From a virus, in IMG/VR virus record IMGVR_UViG_3300049460_000134, positions 51,556-115,555 of that record: 64,000 nt of DNA. One strand, 5' to 3'. Position 1 is the first letter of the stretch, and the number at the start of each line of letters is the position of its first letter. Under the pieces are notes generated by a model. That model worked only from the letters and a program-made list of their open reading frames with translations. It had not been told where the DNA came from and ran no database searches. Made by a program: the position numbers and the translations under genes. Shown in pieces: positions 44,391 to 54,058 of this stretch.

Positions 44391-45985
44391 GCTGCTTTCC
44401 TCTGTGCTGCAAAGATGGACCAATCGAAATCCTGGTTGGCCGGCAGAATGCCTTCAGCGAAGCCAGGGGTGCTTTTGACAACGTTGCGCCGACTCGCGGT
44501 GTGCTCAGACAGCGAGATATTGCCAGCGCAGTTGTAGTCGGCGATGAATGCGACGTTCGGCATGCCCTTTTTCGCACGCAGACCGCGACCGATGCGCTGA
44601 CGCAGGGCGACTTCAGCCTTCCCACCGCCGGCGAGCTGCACCAGGCCGAGAGCAGGGACGTCAACACCAACATCAACGATGGTGGAGCCGATGATACCGT
44701 CGATCTCACCGCGGCCGAGCTCGCCAAGCGCCTTCTTGCGCTCTGCCTGGCTGGCCTTGCCGTTCAGGAAGACGACCCTCAGGCCGACGTGCTCCATCTT
44801 CCGAGCGAGCGCCAGACCGTGATCCTCGCGAATGATGAGCGTCAGAAAGGGCAGACCGTAGCGCTTTGCCATTAGAGCATCACGAATGATGTCCTTGTGC
44901 ATGTGCGCGTTCTTCAGGTAGCCGAACTCATAGGCGCGCTGCCAGGGCGACGTCCGAAAGATCTCCTTCGGCGCCTGGCTTTGGACGTATTTGAAATACG
45001 GCTTTGCCAGGATGCCGAGGTTGATGAGCTGCTCTTCGCTGATCCGGATGAGCACTGAGCCGAAAGCAGCCATCAGACGCATGTTGTCTTCGGCGTCGTC
45101 GCGCATAAACGGGGTCGCAGTCAGAGCAACGCGGATCGACGCGTTCTTGCAGAACTGCAGGATCTGGTAATAGCTGTCACCGCCGGCCTCGTGAGCCTCT
45201 TCGCCAATCACGACCTCGATCATTTCGAGGAAAGTGATGTAGCGATTTCGCCTTTTCGTCTTTTCGCGAACTCGCTCTTCCGCCAATTCGCGGATCTGCT
45301 CCTTCGGCATGTTCGAATCCTTCTTCTTCGAACGATGCTGGGACTTGGTAACAGCGATGATCTCTTCCTGGAGGTTCGGCTCCTTCAGCGCAGCAACGAG
45401 TGTCTGCACCATGCCGAGGTTGATGCCCTTGACCATCTTCTCGACGCCGTCACCGACCATGCCGGTGTTGATGCCGAGTTCGTCGAGCTGCTCGCCCATC
45501 TGATACATGAGCACGCCGCGCGTCGTCAGGAAGAGGGTAGGGCGCCTGAAGCGCATCATGATAAGCTTGGCGATCTTCGACTTGCCGCCGCCGGTGGCGA
45601 CCTGGATGATGCCGCGGCCATGTCGTTCGACGGCCTTCAAGGCTTTCATCTGGTAGTCGTAGCGCGGATCGTCATTGCCGAACTCGTCAACGATCGGGCT
45701 CTCCGGACCAAGCGGCTCGTGATGTGGCTTGCGAACGAGCTGAACCTTGAAGCCGCGGCGCGTCAGCTCGGCGTGGATCATGTAGGCGAAGCCAGCCGGA
45801 AAGCTCTGTGTCTTGAAGGCGTAGAACGACGAGCGACCATCCCATGTGCCCTGATTGAAGGCGAAGGACTGCTCAGCACCGGAGACCATGTAGGAGAGAA
45901 GTTCCGAAACGATACCTTCGACCTTCTCGGTAGGGTCGATCAGCTTCGCGTTCACGGCGTTATGCGCCAGTTTCACAAGGGTCAT
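44387..45985 (-). CDS. Superfamily 2 helicase
   Basis: ATGGGKS, EEAH, TATP, GVDVP and QRIGRGLR motifs. Confidence 0.92.
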   Translation of the reverse strand: MTLVKLAHNAVNAKLIDPTEKVEGIVSELLSYMVSGAEQSFAFNQGTWDGRSSFYAFKTQSFPAGFAYMIHAELTRRGFKVQLVRKPHHEPLGPESPIVDEFGNDDPRYDYQMKALKAVERHGRGIIQVATGGGKSKIAKLIMMRFRRPTLFLTTRGVLMYQMGEQLDELGINTGMVGDGVEKMVKGINLGMVQTLVAALKEPNLQEEIIAVTKSQHRSKKKDSNMPKEQIRELAEERVREKTKRRNRYITFLEMIEVVIGEEAHEAGGDSYYQILQFCKNASIRVALTATPFMRDDAEDNMRLMAAFGSVLIRISEEQLINLGILAKPYFKYVQSQAPKEIFRTSPWQRAYEFGYLKNAHMHKDIIRDALMAKRYGLPFLTLIIREDHGLALARKMEHVGLRVVFLNGKASQAERKKALGELGRGEIDGIIGSTIVDVGVDVPALGLVQLAGGGKAEVALRQRIGRGLRAKKGMPNVAFIADYNCAGNISLSEHTASRRNVVKSTPGFAEGILPANQDFDWSIFAAQRKAA

Positions 45986-46077
45986 AAAAATCTCACGTTG
46001 CCTGTTGCGTTCGGTTCCGGATATGATGTAAGTAAATACTGACTGACAAACGCCAACTATTCAAGGCTTAGAATAAG

Positions 46078-46836
46078 ATGACAGAAGTGGAGCCCCTGAA
46101 GGGCTATCCGAAATACGGGGAAGCGGATCCATCCACGCTGCAGCCGAATCCCTGGAATACAAACATCATGACGCCGGAGAACGAGCAGAAGCTTGAGGCG
46201 TCTATGAAGCGCTTCGGCATCTTCCGTCCGGTTGTCGTTCGCGAAATCGTTAATTCGCGAAATGGCGACAAAACTTTGCAGATCTTGGGTGGTCAACACC
46301 GCAACGAGATCGCGCAGCGGCAGGGGAGGGGAGTGGTCCCGATCGTCAATCTGGGGCCAATCGATGAGGAGAAGGCCAAGGAGATCGGTATCGCCGACAA
46401 CGCACGATACGGCGTCGATGATGCCATCGCGTTCGGCGAACTCATCAAAAGCCTCGCTCATGCCGACCAACTCGCTGACTTCCTTCCCTACACCCAAAAT
46501 GAATTCGACAGTTTCGTCACGTCGTCTGAAATAGACTTGGATTCATTGGATTTCGAAGAAAACTTCGAAAAAAGCGAGGAGAACGACACTTCTCCGCAGC
46601 CTGAGACTGAGAAGCCTGCCAAGACGCATACGATCCTGCGTTTCAAGTGCTCCAACCGCGACGCCGAAGACATCACCGCCAGAATCGAGGCTGTGAAACA
46701 GGCGCAGGGCTTCATCGGCTCCGACGATCTCACCAATGCCGGCGACGCGCTGGCTCACCTCCTTCTGCATGCCGTTAGTGGTCAGTCAAATTTGACTGAT
46801 GATCTCGAAGACATCGACGCCGGAGACGACGAATGA
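46078..46836 (+). CDS. ParB/Srx-N domain protein 1
   Basis: PNPWNTN, PVVVR, ILGGQHR and ADN motifs. Confidence 0.85.
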   Translation: MTEVEPLKGYPKYGEADPSTLQPNPWNTNIMTPENEQKLEASMKRFGIFRPVVVREIVNSRNGDKTLQILGGQHRNEIAQRQGRGVVPIVNLGPIDEEKAKEIGIADNARYGVDDAIAFGELIKSLAHADQLADFLPYTQNEFDSFVTSSEIDLDSLDFEENFEKSEENDTSPQPETEKPAKTHTILRFKCSNRDAEDITARIEAVKQAQGFIGSDDLTNAGDALAHLLLHAVSGQSNLTDDLEDIDAGDDE

Positions 46837-47015
46837 ACGTCCGGCCGAAGTTCGACGACTGCACAGGCTGCAAATACTTCCTGAAGAACCGCCGCAACCC
46901 GATCTGCGGCGAGTGTGACGCCGGCGAGTTCTTCGAAACCAAAACCAGAGTCCGGGAGAAGAGCCCGGATGAACTCATGAAGCTTTACGGGGAACTTTCC
47001 GACCATGACGAATAG
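46833..47015 (+). CDS. Small Cys-rich protein
   Basis: CTGC...CGEC. Confidence 0.6.
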   Translation: MNVRPKFDDCTGCKYFLKNRRNPICGECDAGEFFETKTRVREKSPDELMKLYGELSDHDE

Positions 47016-47676
47016 CCTAGCCGTCCAGATCCTCGATCTGGCTTCTCTCATCCCACACGCCAAGAACGCCAAGAAGCATTCCGACGAGCAGGTTGCCAAT
47101 ATCGCAGCCCTCATCAAGCGCCTTGGCTGGACGAGCCCGATCGTTGTCGACAAGGATCTGGTCATCATCGCCGGTCACGGCCGCCGCCTGGCCGCCCTGC
47201 ACCTCGGGATGACGAAGGTTCCGGTCATCGTTCGTGACGATCTCAGCAAGGAAGAGGCTGAAGCGCTTCGCCTGGCTGACAACCGCGTCGCATCGACCGA
47301 CTACGACTTGGCGCTGGAGCAGGAAGCTCTGCAGGCGCTCGCCGAATTCAACCTCGATCTCGACTTCTCGGTCATGGGCTACACCGAGCGCGAGCTCGAT
47401 TTCATGACCAACGACCTCGGCGCGATGGATGAGAGCCTCTTCGTCGAGGATATCTCCGAAGCCGTCCAGGGTCAGAAGGAAGACAACGAGAAGAAGGTCG
47501 AGGAGGTCGATGATATCGCAGCTCCGGTCGCCGACGCTCTTGGCTTCAAGCGCGTGACGATCGCCGAAAGCCGCGTCCTGCGCGATCTCATGGGTCGAAT
47601 GGAGCAGGCAACCGGCCTGCAGGGCGCTCCGGCGCTCATCGGCTTCATCCAGTCGAGCCTGGATCGCGCTGCATGA
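47005..47676 (+). CDS. ParB/Srx-N domain protein 2
   Basis: NAKKH, PIVVD, IIAGHGRRLAA and LADNR motifs. Confidence 0.88.
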   Translation: MTNSLAVQILDLASLIPHAKNAKKHSDEQVANIAALIKRLGWTSPIVVDKDLVIIAGHGRRLAALHLGMTKVPVIVRDDLSKEEAEALRLADNRVASTDYDLALEQEALQALAEFNLDLDFSVMGYTERELDFMTNDLGAMDESLFVEDISEAVQGQKEDNEKKVEEVDDIAAPVADALGFKRVTIAESRVLRDLMGRMEQATGLQGAPALIGFIQSSLDRAA

Positions 47677-48086
47677 CCGATGTGATCGACATCAAGACTC
47701 GTCGCCCCTGGGCTTTGGCACGCGCTGAAGCCCAGAAGGCCAGGCGCAAGGCCAAGCGCCAGGAGAAGAAGGAAGCCAAGGAAGGCATCGAGGAGCACAA
47801 GGCAGCCATGCTCGAGGTGCTCGATGGCGTGCGCAAACTCGTCGAGGCAGGCCGTCTGGAAGGGCTGCTGCTGATCGCACGCGAGCCGAAGACCAAGCAC
47901 TTCTTCACCGAAGTCGTCCTTGATGACCGCATCATCACGAACAATGACCTCCACTCGTTCGTCGGCTGCCTGGAAACCCTGAAGATCGAGCTGGCTGACG
48001 GCGCGGCAATGGCGCCGGCGCTGATGCTCGATGGCTCAACCATTGATCCGGAAATGGAGCCGCCGGAATACGAGGAATTCGAATGA
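47673..48086 (+). CDS. Hypothetical protein
   Basis: ATGA coupling. Confidence 0.7.
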   Translation: MTDVIDIKTRRPWALARAEAQKARRKAKRQEKKEAKEGIEEHKAAMLEVLDGVRKLVEAGRLEGLLLIAREPKTKHFFTEVVLDDRIITNNDLHSFVGCLETLKIELADGAAMAPALMLDGSTIDPEMEPPEYEEFE

Positions 48087-48727
48087 CCGTCTATACGATC
48101 AACAAATCCTTCACCTCATCGGTGGAGCGCACGGATCGCGTGCTTGAAATGGCTGAGAGCTTCGGCCTGGGACTGACCGACAAAGAGTTCACGATCTACA
48201 AGGATCTGGAGCTCAACGTTCCGCAAGGCTCGATCGTCTACATCAACGGCCAATCTGGCTCCGGCAAGTCGCTGCTCCTGCGCGAGCTGTCGGCCGCCAT
48301 GCGCGCCGGTGGTCTCAAGGTCGCCGACCTGAACGAGATTGAGCTGCCCGAAAAGCCGGTGATCGAGATTGTCGGCAAATCCACGAGCGAAGCGCTGCAC
48401 CTCCTGGCGCTCGCCGGTATCTCTGACGCCTGGATCTATATCCGCAAGCCGTCGGAGCTCTCTGACGGGCAGCGCTACCGCCTGAAGCTCGCAGTCCTCC
48501 TTGAGCAAGACGCCGATGTATGGGTTGCCGACGAGTTCGGCGCCGTTCTCGATCGCGTCTGCGCCAAGGTGATTTCTTTCAATCTCCAGAAGGTCGCTCG
48601 CCAGCACGGCAAAACATTCATGGTTGCCACCACGCACACCGATCTCGTCGATGAACTTGGTCCGGATCTGTCGATCTACAAGGAATTCAAGGAGCGCGTG
48701 CTGGTCAAAGAGAAGGCCGCGGCATGA
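48083..48727 (+). CDS. Soluble ABC-type ATPase (no permease)
   Basis: GQSGSGKS, LSDGQ, VADEF and TTH motifs. Confidence 0.9.
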   Translation: MTVYTINKSFTSSVERTDRVLEMAESFGLGLTDKEFTIYKDLELNVPQGSIVYINGQSGSGKSLLLRELSAAMRAGGLKVADLNEIELPEKPVIEIVGKSTSEALHLLALAGISDAWIYIRKPSELSDGQRYRLKLAVLLEQDADVWVADEFGAVLDRVCAKVISFNLQKVARQHGKTFMVATTHTDLVDELGPDLSIYKEFKERVLVKEKAAA

Positions 48728-49014
48728 ATTACGGTCAGGCACTCGAATATCTGAAACGCGGCGGCACAGCCAGGCGCAAAGCCTGGCGCAGCGGTTTCGT
48801 CTACCTGGAGCTCGGCTCACGCGATCAGTCCAAGCTTTTCGGCCGCAGTCGGATCGAGGCTGTCCTCGATGCCGACCTCTTCGAGAAGGGCGCGAAGGGA
48901 ACAACCACGCGCCTCCCGAACCTGAATTTGAAGAATGCCGACGGGACGACCATGACTGGCTGGCAGGCCTCTCAGGTCGATACCCTGGCTGATGATTGGG
49001 AGCTGATGGAGTGA
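48724..49014 (+). CDS. DUF2829 / Tad2-like protein
   Basis: MNYGQALEYLKRG..ARRKAW...GWQASQVDTLADDW. Confidence 0.8.
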   Translation: MNYGQALEYLKRGGTARRKAWRSGFVYLELGSRDQSKLFGRSRIEAVLDADLFEKGAKGTTTRLPNLNLKNADGTTMTGWQASQVDTLADDWELME

Positions 49015-49110
49015 TGGCGAAGTCGCTAATTCTATCTTTCGCTATTTCGCTACTGGTGAGCACTTGCAGCGCGACAGCACCAGTCTTCGCAAAACTCGAC
49101 GGAGCGCGCT

Positions 49111-49977
49111 GTGAGCGAATCTGAAGCGATTGTGACGTATAACAAGAACGCACGAGGGGTCTTTGCGCTCGCGAACGAAATGTTTGTTGAGCGAGGGGCG
49201 CGTTCGGATTGGGAATTGCTCCACGATCTCCATTACAAGGCAGAAGGTCTGCCGATTGGACCGCAGTTCTGGAAGCTGCATCTTCGAGGCGAAACCGTCG
49301 GCGTCCTGGTCATCGGCCAGCCGAAAGGCATGCTGAAGGAGCGCCATCGTGTGTTCCCGAACATGGCACCTGGCGCCAACGAGACGAAGCTGACCAACAC
49401 CAACCGGTTCCGGCACATCAACCAGAACTTCCGGGTGATCTCGCGCTTCGTGATCGACACCAGGTTCCGCGGTATCGGCGCCGGCTACCGGATGATGAAT
49501 CTGGTCAGCCGCATGGATGGGCATCGCTTCATCGAGATCCAGTCCTCGATGTCGAAGTTCAACATCTTCGGCCAGAAGGCAGGCTTCAAGTTCGTCCGAC
49601 CGATGAACGCCAACAAGTTCGAGAAGGGCATGAAGTTCTTCCGCTCGCACTTTCAGGCATCACCCCAGGACTTCGAGGCGATCGTCAACGAGATCGAGAT
49701 GTCGGCGAGCCGCGACAAGCTGTTTGCCGAGTGCAAGATCTTCTATCAGCGCCATTCGGCTCTGGAGAACACTGGTGCAGCTCGCGATCGTGCCGACGGC
49801 CGCGTTGCCTCGATGTCGATCCGCGATGTGGTGAAGGGCATTCAGCAGATGAGCCTCGCAAGCCCGATGTATGGCATCTGGGAAGCGCCTGATCTTGGCC
49901 GCGAGGTTCCAGCAGTCATGCCTCTGACGGCGTTTGACTGCCAGAAGCCGACTGAGCCGTTGCGGTGGAAGCCGTGA
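49111..49977 (+). CDS. Mom-like GNAT-fold acyltransferase
   Basis: LHY; ISRFVIDTRFRGIGAG acyl-CoA motif; SSMSKFN. Confidence 0.75.
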   Translation: MSESEAIVTYNKNARGVFALANEMFVERGARSDWELLHDLHYKAEGLPIGPQFWKLHLRGETVGVLVIGQPKGMLKERHRVFPNMAPGANETKLTNTNRFRHINQNFRVISRFVIDTRFRGIGAGYRMMNLVSRMDGHRFIEIQSSMSKFNIFGQKAGFKFVRPMNANKFEKGMKFFRSHFQASPQDFEAIVNEIEMSASRDKLFAECKIFYQRHSALENTGAARDRADGRVASMSIRDVVKGIQQMSLASPMYGIWEAPDLGREVPAVMPLTAFDCQKPTEPLRWKP

Positions 49978-50219
49978 CGCTCATTCTGCGCACCAAGAAG
50001 CAGCGTGAGATCGCGGATATCATTCTTCGAGCCGCAGACCAGGGAACGTTTCTGAACGTGACCGAAATCTACGAAATGCTTTCGTGGAACAATGCCTATG
50101 GCTCACTCCGGAAGACGATCAAGTCTTTCGAGGACCGGAACCTAGTGGTGAAGGAACGAGCCGGAATGTGTGTTCTGATTAAGCCTACTCAGGCCCTCTA
50201 TGACTGGTTCCGTAACTAA
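49974..50219 (+). CDS. Winged-HTH DNA-binding protein
   Basis: wHTH pattern SLRKTIKSFEDRNLVVKER. Confidence 0.6.
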   Translation: MTLILRTKKQREIADIILRAADQGTFLNVTEIYEMLSWNNAYGSLRKTIKSFEDRNLVVKERAGMCVLIKPTQALYDWFRN

Positions 50220-50220
50220 A

Positions 50221-50297
50221 TCCGGAGCCGTCTTCTCACTAATATATCTACTTAGATATTTAGATATGTATTTATATTAGTGAGAAGATGGACCGGA
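50221..50297. repeat. Inverted-repeat element (copy 2), upstream of terminase
   Basis: CCGTCTTCTCACTAATATA..TATATTAGTGAGAAGATGG. Confidence 0.75.
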
Positions 50298-50344
50298 TTG
50301 AAGCTACGTGCCATAATGTCAGTAAATACTGATTGACAAATTGA

Positions 50345-51022
50345 ATGAAGATGGAAGCTGAAACAAACACTCCGGCTGAAGAAGAGACCGGCACGAAGGC
50401 GCAAGGACGCAGGCTTACGGAAGAAGAATTCGCCGAAGCGCGCGAGCTCTATGAGCTCGGTAAAGCGCGCCTGGCTGAGATCGCCGACAAGCTGAACGTC
50501 ACGCGGCAAACCCTTTCGAAGAAGTTCAAGGACGCAGGCGTTGTTTGGGGCTCACGCGCTCACGAGACGCAAGCCGCGGTGTCTGCTGGTGTGAAGACTG
50601 CTGTCGCGGCAAACGCTGCTCAGACGGCTTCTGCGTTGATCGACCGGTATGCGGAACGCCGCAACGACTGGATCGAGGAAACGCGCGTCCAGGGATACAA
50701 GTCTCTGAAGCAGGCCGACATGCTCGCCAAGAAGATCGTCGGCGAGGCGGTCAAGAACCGTGCTTCGATGGCCTCGATCGACGACGACCTGAAGGCTGTT
50801 CAGCGCTTCCAGAAGATTCTCGTCGAAAACACGCTCACGCGCCTCGATGTCCTGCGCGCCGACGAAGTGATCGACGAAGACGATCTGCCGCAGATCCACT
50901 TCGAGGATCTGACCGACGACGATATCCTGTCGCATCACCGCGACAACGGTCTCATCCAGGAAGACGAGGACGCCGAGGAGATCCTGGCGTCCATCCATGC
51001 TTCCGAAGAGGAAAACCTCTGA
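50345..51022 (+). CDS. terS: Terminase small subunit (probable)
   Basis: N-terminal HTH; directly before terL. Confidence 0.7.
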   Translation: MKMEAETNTPAEEETGTKAQGRRLTEEEFAEARELYELGKARLAEIADKLNVTRQTLSKKFKDAGVVWGSRAHETQAAVSAGVKTAVAANAAQTASALIDRYAERRNDWIEETRVQGYKSLKQADMLAKKIVGEAVKNRASMASIDDDLKAVQRFQKILVENTLTRLDVLRADEVIDEDDLPQIHFEDLTDDDILSHHRDNGLIQEDEDAEEILASIHASEEENL

Positions 51023-52296
51023 TGGGAGCCAATGTCATTCTGAAAGCCCACAAGGGGCAGAAGCTCGTCCTGAAGGACCGCCGGCGTTTCAAGGTGATCG
51101 TCGCCGGCCGCCGCTGGGGCAAGACGCAGATTTCTAAGATCGCGCTGATTAAGGCTGCATGCACGCGCCGCAATCAGCTCGTCTGGTATGTCGCGCCGAC
51201 CTATCAGATGGCTCGACAGATCCTTTGGGAAGACCTGAAGCGCTGTATTCCGAAGAAGCTGATCGTCTGGAACGGCATCAACGAAACACGCATGACTATC
51301 CGGCTCATCAACGGCTCGCGGATTGAGCTGAAGGGCGCCGACAATCCGGACTCGCTCCGCGGTGTTGGTATCAACTTCCTCGTCCTCGACGAATTCCAGG
51401 ACATGAAGAAGGAGACCTGGGAAGAGGTTCTGCGTCCGACCCTGGCGTCCACCGGCGGCCAGGTCATCTTCATCGGCACGCCGAAGCAGTTCAACCACCT
51501 CTACGACATGTATGTCCTGGGTCAGCGTGGCGACACCTATGTCGACGAAAAGGGCAAGGTCGTCATCAACCAGTGGAAGAGCTGGCAGTTCCCGACGATC
51601 ATGTCGCCATTCATTCCGCGATCGGAAATCGAGCACGCTCGCCGCGAAATGGATCCGAAGACCTTCCGCCAGGAGTTCGAGGCAAGCTTCGAGAGCATGT
51701 CCGGCCGCGTCTACTACGCCTTCGAGCGTCGCGAGCATGTGAAGCGCTGCGAATTCGATCCGCGCAAGCCGATCATCATCGGCCAGGACTTCAACATCGA
51801 CCCGATGTCCTCGGTCGTTATGCAGATCCAGGACAACGGCGAGATCCATGTGATCGACGAGATCATCCTTTACGGCTCCAACACGCAGGAAACAGCCGAC
51901 GAGGTGGCTCGTCGCTATCACCGCCAGATGAACCAGATCACATTCTATCCAGACCCTGCCGGCAACAACCGGTCACATGGGCGAGGGGAGTCTGACCTCG
52001 ACATCCTGCGCGATGCCGGCTTTAAGCGGATCATCTTCAAGCGCAAGCATCCGGCCGTCTCCGATCGCGTCAACTCGGTCAACCGATTGCTGCGCTCGGC
52101 CGAAGGCACGATCCGAATGTATTTCGATCCGAAGTGCAAGAAGACGATCGAGGCGATGGAGCAGACGATCTACAAGCCTGGAACGCGTGAGGTGGATAAG
52201 AAGATGGGCGTCGAACACCCTGCCGACGCGCTCGGCTATTTCACCGATTACGAATATCCAGTCCGCAAGGTCGAGATTCTTGGTGTCAGCCTTTAA
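51022..52296 (+). CDS. terL: Terminase large subunit
   Basis: AGRRWGKT, LVLDE, GTP, GQDFN and HPADA motifs. Confidence 0.95.
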   Translation: MGANVILKAHKGQKLVLKDRRRFKVIVAGRRWGKTQISKIALIKAACTRRNQLVWYVAPTYQMARQILWEDLKRCIPKKLIVWNGINETRMTIRLINGSRIELKGADNPDSLRGVGINFLVLDEFQDMKKETWEEVLRPTLASTGGQVIFIGTPKQFNHLYDMYVLGQRGDTYVDEKGKVVINQWKSWQFPTIMSPFIPRSEIEHARREMDPKTFRQEFEASFESMSGRVYYAFERREHVKRCEFDPRKPIIIGQDFNIDPMSSVVMQIQDNGEIHVIDEIILYGSNTQETADEVARRYHRQMNQITFYPDPAGNNRSHGRGESDLDILRDAGFKRIIFKRKHPAVSDRVNSVNRLLRSAEGTIRMYFDPKCKKTIEAMEQTIYKPGTREVDKKMGVEHPADALGYFTDYEYPVRKVEILGVSL

Positions 52297-52355
52297 GGTT
52301 GCGTGTCAGTAAAAACTGACTTACAATTTCTGTTGACTGACACGAAGGCCTCATT

Positions 52356-53942
52356 ATGCAAGATTACGTCCTCCGCAATTTTTACGATCGCCGGCATCCA
52401 GACTATGCCCGTTCGATTGCGCATTGGCGTTTTCTGGAGAAGACCTACGAGGGCGGCCGCGACTGGTTTGAAGACAACATCTTCAAATACGTCAAGGAGG
52501 GCGCGAAGGAATTCAAGGCTCGCAAGGCTCGTGCCTACCGCTTCAACCATACACGCGAAGTCGTCGACCTGGTTGTGAAGTATCTATTCAAGGGCGCCAT
52601 CATCCGCAACACCGATGCGGCGCCGCAGTCCGTGCAGGATTTCTGGAAGAACTCCACCCTGCAGAACATGAACATCGCCCAGCTCATGCGCACCGGCACC
52701 ACCTCGTCCTCGCAGAAGGGCAGGGTGGCGATCGTCGTTGATAACAACGTTCGTCAGGACTCGATCTCTGTCGCCGAAGCCAAGCAATCCAAGATGCGCA
52801 TCTACGCCTATCCGGTCGATGTGACGGATCTGCTTGACTACGCCTTTGACGAAGATGGCGACGGCGGCCTGCTTTGGGTGAAGATCCGCGAATACGTGCG
52901 CGACGACATCGATCCGCTCAACGGCTCTGGTGACGTCATGGCGCGCGTTCGCCTGTGGACGCGCACCGGCTGGCAGCTTTATGTCGAGACCGAAGAGACG
53001 TTCGAAGCGATCGGGGCTGACGGCAAGCGCTATCAGCAAAAGAAGATCAAACTCGAGGATTCGGGTGAGCACAAGCTCGGCAAGGTGCCGGTGATCTTCC
53101 TCGATCACATCATTACCGACAATCCGTATCGCACGCCTGGTCTGATTGACGATATCGCCTATCTCGACCGCGCCGTCGCAAACTACCTGTCGAACCTGGA
53201 CGCCATCATCCAGGATCAGACCTTCTCGCAGCTCACCATGCCGGCGCAGGGACTGCTGCCAGGCGAGGAAGCTTACAACAAGCTGGTCGAACTCTCGACC
53301 AAGCGCGTCCTGATCTATGACGGCGGCACTGGCTCCAACGCAGCGCCCGAATTCATTTCGCCCGATCCGAAGCAGGCGCAGATGATCCTCACGGTGATCA
53401 ACAAGATCATCGGCGAAATCTACAACACAGTTGGCCTGGCCGGCGAACGCACCAAGGAAGACAACTCCGTCGGTATCGACAACTCGTCCGGCGTTGCCAA
53501 GGCCTACGACTTCGAACGCGTCAACTCGCTCCTGACCTCGAAGGGGCAGTCGATGGAGAAGGCCGAAAACGAGATCGTTGAGCTGGTCTGCCTCTGGGCA
53601 GGCGATACCGTTCCGGATGAGCGCCTGGTCAAGTATCCGGAAACCTATGACGTCATGCGTCTCATCGACGACCTGGCGATCGCAGAACAGCTCGCAACCG
53701 TGGACGCTCCGAAGGAAGTCCGCCGCGAGCAGATGCGCAACATCATCGACAAGATCTTCCCGCGTCTCAAGAAGGACATCCGCGCGAAGATCGAGAAAGA
53801 CATCGATGACTGGCTGGAAGGTGACGAACTTCTTCCGGTCCCTACCACCTTCGGCAAGCCTTCAGCGACCAAGTCGCCAGTCGCACCTTCCCGTCAGGGG
53901 CAGGTGACGAAGTCCTCGCCGAACAAACAGGCCGCCAAGTAA
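52356..53942 (+). CDS. Portal protein
   Basis: 528 aa after terL; SGVAKAYDF motif. Confidence 0.85.
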   Translation: MQDYVLRNFYDRRHPDYARSIAHWRFLEKTYEGGRDWFEDNIFKYVKEGAKEFKARKARAYRFNHTREVVDLVVKYLFKGAIIRNTDAAPQSVQDFWKNSTLQNMNIAQLMRTGTTSSSQKGRVAIVVDNNVRQDSISVAEAKQSKMRIYAYPVDVTDLLDYAFDEDGDGGLLWVKIREYVRDDIDPLNGSGDVMARVRLWTRTGWQLYVETEETFEAIGADGKRYQQKKIKLEDSGEHKLGKVPVIFLDHIITDNPYRTPGLIDDIAYLDRAVANYLSNLDAIIQDQTFSQLTMPAQGLLPGEEAYNKLVELSTKRVLIYDGGTGSNAAPEFISPDPKQAQMILTVINKIIGEIYNTVGLAGERTKEDNSVGIDNSSGVAKAYDFERVNSLLTSKGQSMEKAENEIVELVCLWAGDTVPDERLVKYPETYDVMRLIDDLAIAEQLATVDAPKEVRREQMRNIIDKIFPRLKKDIRAKIEKDIDDWLEGDELLPVPTTFGKPSATKSPVAPSRQGQVTKSSPNKQAAK

Positions 53943-53960
53943 GGCCAACCACTGAAGAAA

Positions 53961-54046
53961 CCGCCGAGATACTGGCGGCCTGAAGACGTGCATACCCGAA
54001 CGGCCAAGATACCGGCCAACCCCAAAGATCGCCCGAGATAATGGGC
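53961..54046 (+). promoter_or_regulatory. Three stem-loops with RAGATANN loops in the scaffold leader
   Basis: At 53961-53978, 54002-54017 and 54031-54046; the last abuts the AAGGAG SD. Confidence 0.6.
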
Positions 54047-54058
54047 AAGGAGTAAGAC

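Larger units (their letters stand above)
37675..49052. promoter_or_regulatory. Second palindromic motif TTAGCGAATTCGCTAA (candidate par centromere/operator)
   Basis: Copies or half-sites at 37675, 38078 (perfect), 40629-40652, 41519-41541, 42503-42552, 43403-43440, 44179-44210, 46240 and 49017-49052; both sides of the parA operon carry sites. Confidence 0.65.

Noticed and set aside
46078-47676. ParB proteins as partners of ParA
   Set aside because: ParA has its own coupled RHH gene; these ParB-N genes lie in the terminase-proximal cassette with no evident parS-binding HTH
48083-48727. ABC transporter
   Set aside because: No permease or substrate-binding gene nearby
1253-52296. Introns or inteins in nrdA, nrdB, thyA, helicase or terL
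   Set aside because: Frames are continuous, lengths are normal and no splicing motifs are seen; the HNH genes are free-standing
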